Origin: Spirochaetia bacterium
GTDB taxonomy: Bacteria > Spirochaetota > Spirochaetia > CADAEX01
NCBI GenBank assembly: GCA_963662795.1
Contig: OY759746.1
Coordinates: forward strand, 3,392,001 to 3,456,000
DNA length: 64,000 nucleotides
Direction of reading: 5' to 3'
Made by a program: the position numbers and the translations under genes. The stretch's first letter is position 1. Each line of letters starts with the position of its first letter. The notes under the pieces were generated by a model that saw only the letters and a program-made list of their open reading frames with translations, was not told the origin of the DNA and did no database searches. Below, piece after piece: positions 58,800-64,000 of the stretch.

Positions 58800-59426
58800 T
58801 TGCTGAAGATGATGAAAAAAATATTTCTGATATCTTTAGTTTTGGTTTCAGCAGAAGCATTTCTGCCTGTTATCCGGATATTGAAAAGCCAGGAGGCTAT
58901 GTACAAATGGATTGAAACATCAACCGGAGATCAGGATGCAATTGTACTCGAAAGCTTCAGGGCGATGGATCTGGATGAAAGAATTGCTGCAGTTGATTCA
59001 CTTGCAGGGAGGAAAGAACGCGATTTCGGTTTTCTGATTGAAGAATTATATTATTCAAATAATTATAAAACAACTGAAAAGGAATATCTGTTTTACCTGA
59101 TTCTTGAAAAACTTGTTATAGATGCCGTAACAGCGGCTGATACCGGTGATTGTTTTCTTCTTTTATGCAGCGATATTGCAGCTTACAGGCAGTCGATATT
59201 AAGAAAAAAAATAATTGAGAGAACAACTTTTATGAACACCGCTGATGCTGAGAATATATTGCTCAAAGAAGCTGTGTTTCTTGAAAAGACCGGCCTGCGT
59301 GATAGTTATTTTAACAGCGAAATGATTGAAGAGTGCAGAATATTCATGAGGGAAGCTGAAAAAATCGGTTCTGTGATACTAAAGGATTATATCCACAGAA
59401 TCTATGTCGCAGTCAGAAATCTTTGA
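58800..59426 (+). CDS. Hypothetical exported alpha-helical protein
   Basis: Signal-peptide-like N-terminus; fills the gap between recA and dtd; no recognised motif. Confidence 0.55.
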   Translation: MLKMMKKIFLISLVLVSAEAFLPVIRILKSQEAMYKWIETSTGDQDAIVLESFRAMDLDERIAAVDSLAGRKERDFGFLIEELYYSNNYKTTEKEYLFYLILEKLVIDAVTAADTGDCFLLLCSDIAAYRQSILRKKIIERTTFMNTADAENILLKEAVFLEKTGLRDSYFNSEMIEECRIFMREAEKIGSVILKDYIHRIYVAVRNL

Positions 59427-59862
59427 ATGAATCAACAAGAATTGTAACAGGACCGTCATTTATATAATCGACTGCCATAACCGCGCCGAATTCGCCAATT
59501 TCGGTTTTTATCCCTTTATTTTTTACTATTTCAACCAATTTACGATAATACAGGTTTCCTTTTTCCGGAGCGGCAGCGCTGTTGAATGAAGGTCTTCTCC
59601 CTTTTCTGGTATCACCGTATAGGGTAAATTGAGAAATAATCAATATTTCACCCATGCAATCGAGAAGGGAAAGGTTCATTTTATCGTTTTCGTCGTTGAA
59701 AATTCTCAGGTTTAAAATTTTATCTGCCGTATATTCACAGTCTGAATCGGTATCGTCGCTATGGACACCTATATAAACAACAAGACCTTTAGATATACTC
59801 CCCTTCAGTACCCCGTCTACAGATACTGAAGCTTTTTTTACCCGCTGAACTACGGCTCTCAT
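59413..59862 (-). CDS. dtd: D-aminoacyl-tRNA deacylase
   Basis: [13 protein letters not shown]...[21 protein letters not shown]. Confidence 0.96.
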   Translation of the reverse strand: MRAVVQRVKKASVSVDGVLKGSISKGLVVYIGVHSDDTDSDCEYTADKILNLRIFNDENDKMNLSLLDCMGEILIISQFTLYGDTRKGRRPSFNSAAAPEKGNLYYRKLVEIVKNKGIKTEIGEFGAVMAVDYINDGPVTILVDSFKDF

Positions 59863-60932
59863 TTAATATAATTCCGCAGTGTGACCGCTTTCATGCTGAT
59901 ACCGTTTTCAGTTTGAAGCTGCCCTATGGTATCATAGGAGAACTCTTCATCAAGTATTACCGGAAAATCAGCAGTAACTGTAATTATCCCGTCAAGTACT
60001 TTACCGGATTCATACCCTATAAGGAGATCGAAAGTTTCGGAATTTTCAAATATTTTTATATTTGTAATTTTTCCTGACCATTTTACATAGCAGCCGTTAT
60101 AAAGATATGGAGAGACTGCAACTTCTTTATAATGGATTGTATTTTTAAAATACCGGAAATCCGGTTCCCGTAAATATCCCGAGAGAAGCCGCGCTTTTTC
60201 CTTAACAGATTCTGAGGCATTTGAATTAAGCAGTCTGTTGATTTCTATTCTCGCTTCGTTATCTTTATTGTCCAGGAAAAGTTTTTTTGCATCTTCAAAA
60301 GATTCGACAATTTCGCGACCTTCAAGTTTAATCCTGAATTCACCTGTCCCGATGATCTCCTGAAGATTTCTGCTTATTGTCAATTCCGAAAGAATACTGT
60401 TGTTTTTACTGAATTTTAAAAGTAAAAATTTAGTTGTAAAAAATATTCCTGTTGAAAAAGAAAGAATAATTATTAAAATAATCAGATATCTCAGTATTCT
60501 GTAAGTAATTATGCTTTTTTTGAAGGGAAGAAGTCTGTGGATATTCTTAGACAGGAAATCTTCCGGAACTCTTTCAAGTGCTTCCGATTTTTTGATTATA
60601 TCAAGGGATTTTTTCGCGAACCTGTTTTTAGGGTCCCTGTCGAGTATATCAAGCCAAATGCGGATTGCTTCTGAAGGTTTGTTATATTTCAAATGAATGA
60701 CTGCAAGACCAAGCAATGTTGTACTGTTGGCAGGATTTATCTGGAGAGACCTCCTTAGATAGGAGTTCGCACCGTTATAATCTCCGATAAACAGACACGA
60801 CATTCCAAGATAGAAATAAAAATATTCATTATCCCTGTTTCCGAATACTTCCGGCTCAAGAATCCTTATAACCTGCGGGTAATTTCCAAGTTTAAACTGT
60901 TTTTCAGCACTTTTTAATAATCTGGTTTTCAT
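59859..60932 (-). CDS. TPR protein with central TM segment and C-terminal beta (OB-fold-like) domain
   Basis: N-terminal TPRs, hydrophobic [21 protein letters not shown]-terminal [12 protein letters not shown]. Confidence 0.7.
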   Translation of the reverse strand: MKTRLLKSAEKQFKLGNYPQVIRILEPEVFGNRDNEYFYFYLGMSCLFIGDYNGANSYLRRSLQINPANSTTLLGLAVIHLKYNKPSEAIRIWLDILDRDPKNRFAKKSLDIIKKSEALERVPEDFLSKNIHRLLPFKKSIITYRILRYLIILIIILSFSTGIFFTTKFLLLKFSKNNSILSELTISRNLQEIIGTGEFRIKLEGREIVESFEDAKKLFLDNKDNEARIEINRLLNSNASESVKEKARLLSGYLREPDFRYFKNTIHYKEVAVSPYLYNGCYVKWSGKITNIKIFENSETFDLLIGYESGKVLDGIITVTADFPVILDEEFSYDTIGQLQTENGISMKAVTLRNYIK

Positions 60933-61876
60933 TTGCCTGCTTGTCCGGAAGATGAACCGGCTGAATTTCCGGCGGGTTTTGAATTGCTGACCGAAGCATC
61001 ATTAACAGCTGATGCAGACCCTGATTTAGCTGAAATGCTTTTTTCAAGTAAAACTATTTTATCCTCAAGGTTTTTAATAGTCTGTGTCTGCATCTCAAGC
61101 TGTTTTTTTAAAACATTGTTTGTTTCCCGCAATGAAAGGAGAAGAGAATTGGTATCCTCCGCGGACAGTACGGAAAGCTTTTTCTGATAACTTAAAATAG
61201 CCTGGTTATATTCCTTTTCTTTTTTTATAAAAAGCTCTCTTTCCTTAAGCGATTCTTCATGACTCCATTTGAGGAGTTTAACAAGTTCCTGTTCTCTTTT
61301 TCCAAGATTTATAAGCTCAATTTTATAATTTGCTGCTTCATATTTATAGCTGTCCTTGTATTTATCTGTAACTATCCTGTAAACATTAAGAGCTTCATCT
61401 GTATGTCCAAGGTTGTAAAGAGATTCCGCGATCCAGTAAAGAGCATTGCCCTCAAGAGGATTATTATCAGTTTTTTCAATGAAAAGATTGAGTTTATCAA
61501 TGGATGACTCATAATTGCGGTTTATAAAATCAATTCGCCCCATTTGATAAACCGATTCCGGATATTCAGGTGATTCCCTGAAATTAACAGCTAAATAATC
61601 AAATACTTTTTCGGCTTCCATGTAGTCTTCCAGAGCCATATAACATTTACCTATCATTAAAAAACTTGAGCTTTTAAGATATGAAGGGCTTAAATCTGCG
61701 GATTTACGGAATTGCTGAAGTGCTGATTCATATTTTGAATCATTAAAATTTTCGCTGCCGCTGTTGAAATATTGCAGATACAGCGGTACTTCATTCTTTT
61801 CGTCAGCGTAGATGAAAAATGACTGCATCGTCAATATATTAAAAAAAAGGCAGATTAAAAATATTTTTTTACACAA
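60929..61876 (-). CDS. Exported TPR protein (YbgF/BamD-like) with C-terminal coiled coil
   Basis: Signal peptide, TPRs including NALYWIAESLY..G, coiled coil, Ser-rich tail. Confidence 0.7.
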   Translation of the reverse strand: MCKKIFLICLFFNILTMQSFFIYADEKNEVPLYLQYFNSGSENFNDSKYESALQQFRKSADLSPSYLKSSSFLMIGKCYMALEDYMEAEKVFDYLAVNFRESPEYPESVYQMGRIDFINRNYESSIDKLNLFIEKTDNNPLEGNALYWIAESLYNLGHTDEALNVYRIVTDKYKDSYKYEAANYKIELINLGKREQELVKLLKWSHEESLKERELFIKKEKEYNQAILSYQKKLSVLSAEDTNSLLLSLRETNNVLKKQLEMQTQTIKNLEDKIVLLEKSISAKSGSASAVNDASVSNSKPAGNSAGSSSGQAGK

Positions 61877-61927
61877 AACAACAATCCCCCTGCCATAGAT
61901 TATCGGCAGTTTGAATTTTTTTCATAA

Positions 61928-62611
61928 CTACCCTGATATGGGTTTTCTGCCGCTGTTTTTTAAAACTCCGACCTCTTCTGCGGGATTTTCTGAATTAAAA
62001 AAAGCCGAAGCAGTAATTAAAACATCCGCTCCTGCATCAATCAGCATCCCGGCAGTTTCCCTGCTAACGCCGCCGTCAACAAGAATTTTGAATTTCAAAT
62101 TCTTTATTTCTCTCAGTTTATCAAGTTCTCCAATTTTTTTGATGCAGGATAATATCATTTTCTGTCCCGAGAAACCGGGATTCACTGTCATTACCTGTAC
62201 AAAATCCACAATATCAATAATTTCTGAAAGTGCAGAAACAGGAGTAGACGGGACAAGGCAGATACCTGCTTTTACCCCTTTTTCCTTAATGCTGTTTAGT
62301 GTCCGATTAATATGGATATCGTTTTCTATATGAAAAGACAGTGAATCTGCACCGGCTGCAATATAATCATCAATAAATTTTGAAGGTGAGTTTACCATTA
62401 GATGAACATCAAGCGGCAGTTGTGTGATTTTTTTAATATCTGAAGTAAATTTATTGCCGAATGTAATTTGCGGAACAAAGTGACCGTCCATAACATCAAT
62501 ATGCAGAACATCAATACCGGATTTCTCGCAAAGCGAAACAGCATCCCTTACCGATGTTAAATCAGCCCCCAAAACAGAAGCAGAAACAAGAATATTTTTA
62601 TTAGAATTCAT
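61928..62611 (-). CDS. rpe: Ribulose-phosphate 3-epimerase
   Basis: SVL.AD, HIDVMDGHFVP.ITFG, DVHLMV, MTVNPGF.GQ, VDGGV. Confidence 0.96.
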   Translation of the reverse strand: MNSNKNILVSASVLGADLTSVRDAVSLCEKSGIDVLHIDVMDGHFVPQITFGNKFTSDIKKITQLPLDVHLMVNSPSKFIDDYIAAGADSLSFHIENDIHINRTLNSIKEKGVKAGICLVPSTPVSALSEIIDIVDFVQVMTVNPGFSGQKMILSCIKKIGELDKLREIKNLKFKILVDGGVSRETAGMLIDAGADVLITASAFFNSENPAEEVGVLKNSGRKPISG

Positions 62612-62664
62612 GTACTTTTTTTATCAAATTATTGTCATAAAAGCAATTACGAAAAAGCTCTTAA

Positions 62665-62692
62665 TTGACTATTTTGCGCTGGCAAGTATAAT
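62665..62692 (+). promoter_or_regulatory. sigma70 promoter of the TPR-greA operon
   Basis: TTGACT-N16-TATAAT ending 12 bp before the ATG. Confidence 0.65.
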
Positions 62693-62704
62693 GTTAATGA
62701 CTAT

Positions 62705-63652
62705 ATGGAAAAAAGCATACCTGATGTAAAAGAGAACATTGCATCATTGCTTCAGATTTCCAGGGATTGCCTTAAAAAAGGCGATCTGGATAAGGCAAAA
62801 TCTGAAATAGAAAAAGCACTGTCAATAGATTTTAATGAAACTCAAGTAATAAATGCCCTGAAATTCACAAATTTCTGGATTGAGCGGAAAATCCGTTTCC
62901 AGAATGTGGCAGGACACTATGAAAGAGGGATATTTCTCTTTAAACAGTGGAAATCTTTTATACTTTTTGCCAACAAATTCCAGGTTGAAGATGAACTGAC
63001 AATTTATGCGCTGAAATACTGGGTATTTAATCAGTCTCTCTATCACTTCAACGAAATACTTGAAAGCGGAACTGACGATCCTGAACTTCTGATTAAAATA
63101 GGACTATGCTATAAAAACCTTGGAGATTACTGCAGGGCCCTTGAATACCTCGAATCAGCTTTGCAGATACGAAGTGAAGATGCCGAACTTATGGCTGAAA
63201 TTGCAGACTGCTATGCGTTTATTAATGAAGTTCGTGCCTCAAAAATATTTTTCAGGGAAGCTTTTTTTATTGATCCGCAGAGCATTGATCTATATTCGCT
63301 TGAATCCCTTCTGGTTAAAAAACTTATCAGCCGAGTGAAGGCACTTGGTTTTGAGGACAAACTGCTTAAAGAATGGATTCCCATATATGGTGTTTTATTT
63401 GGTGTGTTCAACGTTAAGAGAGAACTCAAGGCACTTGAACTTGGCAAACTGAAACAGTCAATTAATACTCTTGAACATCAATATGAAGAAGACCCTGACA
63501 GCCGGGAAATGCTTGTCCCGGGACTGATAAACAAATATTTCTGGCTTATCGATTATTATGTGAGCATCAGCGACAGCAAGGACAGGATTGAAGATGTACT
63601 CAAAAAAATCAGCAAACTAAATCCTTCTGTCTATGAACTTTACTCAAACTAA
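62705..63652 (+). CDS. Conserved spirochaete TPR protein upstream of greA
   Basis: TPR (IGLCYK.LGDY..A), ADCYA, FREAFFIDP, EWIP.YG.L.GVFNVKREL motifs. Confidence 0.75.
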   Translation: MEKSIPDVKENIASLLQISRDCLKKGDLDKAKSEIEKALSIDFNETQVINALKFTNFWIERKIRFQNVAGHYERGIFLFKQWKSFILFANKFQVEDELTIYALKYWVFNQSLYHFNEILESGTDDPELLIKIGLCYKNLGDYCRALEYLESALQIRSEDAELMAEIADCYAFINEVRASKIFFREAFFIDPQSIDLYSLESLLVKKLISRVKALGFEDKLLKEWIPIYGVLFGVFNVKRELKALELGKLKQSINTLEHQYEEDPDSREMLVPGLINKYFWLIDYYVSISDSKDRIEDVLKKISKLNPSVYELYSN

Positions 63653-63700
63653 GGTTGTTATAGTAACCATAATCTTGTAAAATACATACTGGAGAAAAAA

Positions 63701-64000
63701 ATGAGTTCAAATTTACTGGAAAAGATAAATCAACTGCTTAATGAAGAAAAATGGACACGCGCAACAATAAAAAGCTATTCAATCAATAATTTCAAGGAAC
63801 TTGATCTGATAATTAAGGAATCTGCCGGAGACGAATCACGGGAGGATGTTCTTGATATTTGTGAAGAACATCTGAGTCATTCCAAAAACAGTATAATTGC
63901 TCTATATATTTCAGGGATATTGTCCCTTTCAAGACATATTATAGATGATTCAAATTTGATGATACTGATAAATATATTTTCCGACAACCACAAACTGAAT
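63701..64000 (+). CDS. greA: N-terminus of the spirochaete-type extended GreA (partial, runs off the window)
   Basis: Not in the ORF track because it has no stop. ATG 63701 after GGAG; MSSNLLEKINQLLNEEKWTRATI...EHL....NSIIALYISG matches the N-terminal extension I recall for the long spirochaete GreA. The GreA domain itself is outside the window. Confidence 0.75.
   Translation, partial: MSSNLLEKINQLLNEEKWTRATIKSYSINNFKELDLIIKESAGDESREDVLDICEEHLSHSKNSIIALYISGILSLSRHIIDDSNLMILINIFSDNHKLN

Noticed and set aside
1-64000. CRISPR array, tRNA or rRNA genes
   Set aside because: No regularly spaced direct repeats or cloverleaf/T-loop motifs were seen; intergenic gaps are short and mostly explained by promoters and terminators.

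Overview
64 kb from a spirochaete (Spirochaetia) chromosome. The assignment rests on the spirochaete-type long GreA N-terminus, the murG-cvpA-holB-like-Hk2-Rrp2 block, a groES with no adjacent groEL, and spirochaetal lipoproteins. The first ~9.3 kb is accessory DNA: IS remnants, a lipoprotein with a membrane-anchored AraC regulator, and a complete type I Wadjet (jetABCD) anti-plasmid system. The rest is dense core genome: gpmI, asd, phosphoketolase, an AAA+ ATPase, rnhA, comM, htrA, uvrB, thiBPQ under a TPP riboswitch, murG, a sigma54 two-component system, lysC with a degenerate dapF, punA, a JAB-DinG helicase, groES, a short sigma70 factor, ppdK, a CHASE2 adenylate cyclase operon, recA-folK-scpAB-rluB-cmk-rpsA, dtd, rpe and the start of greA. 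The most interesting signal is regulatory. A perfect sigma54 -24/-12 promoter and a pair of candidate enhancer palindromes sit in front of the short sigma70 gene. Two candidate activators (Rrp2-like, and a bEBP with no sensory domain) are in the same window, suggesting a Borrelia-like Rrp2-RpoN-alternative sigma cascade that may be enhancer-dependent. Other leads are a probable DapF pseudoenzyme and an AAA+ ATPase co-transcribed with phosphoketolase. No rRNA, tRNA or CRISPR array was seen. All calls come from reading motifs by eye; no searches were run.
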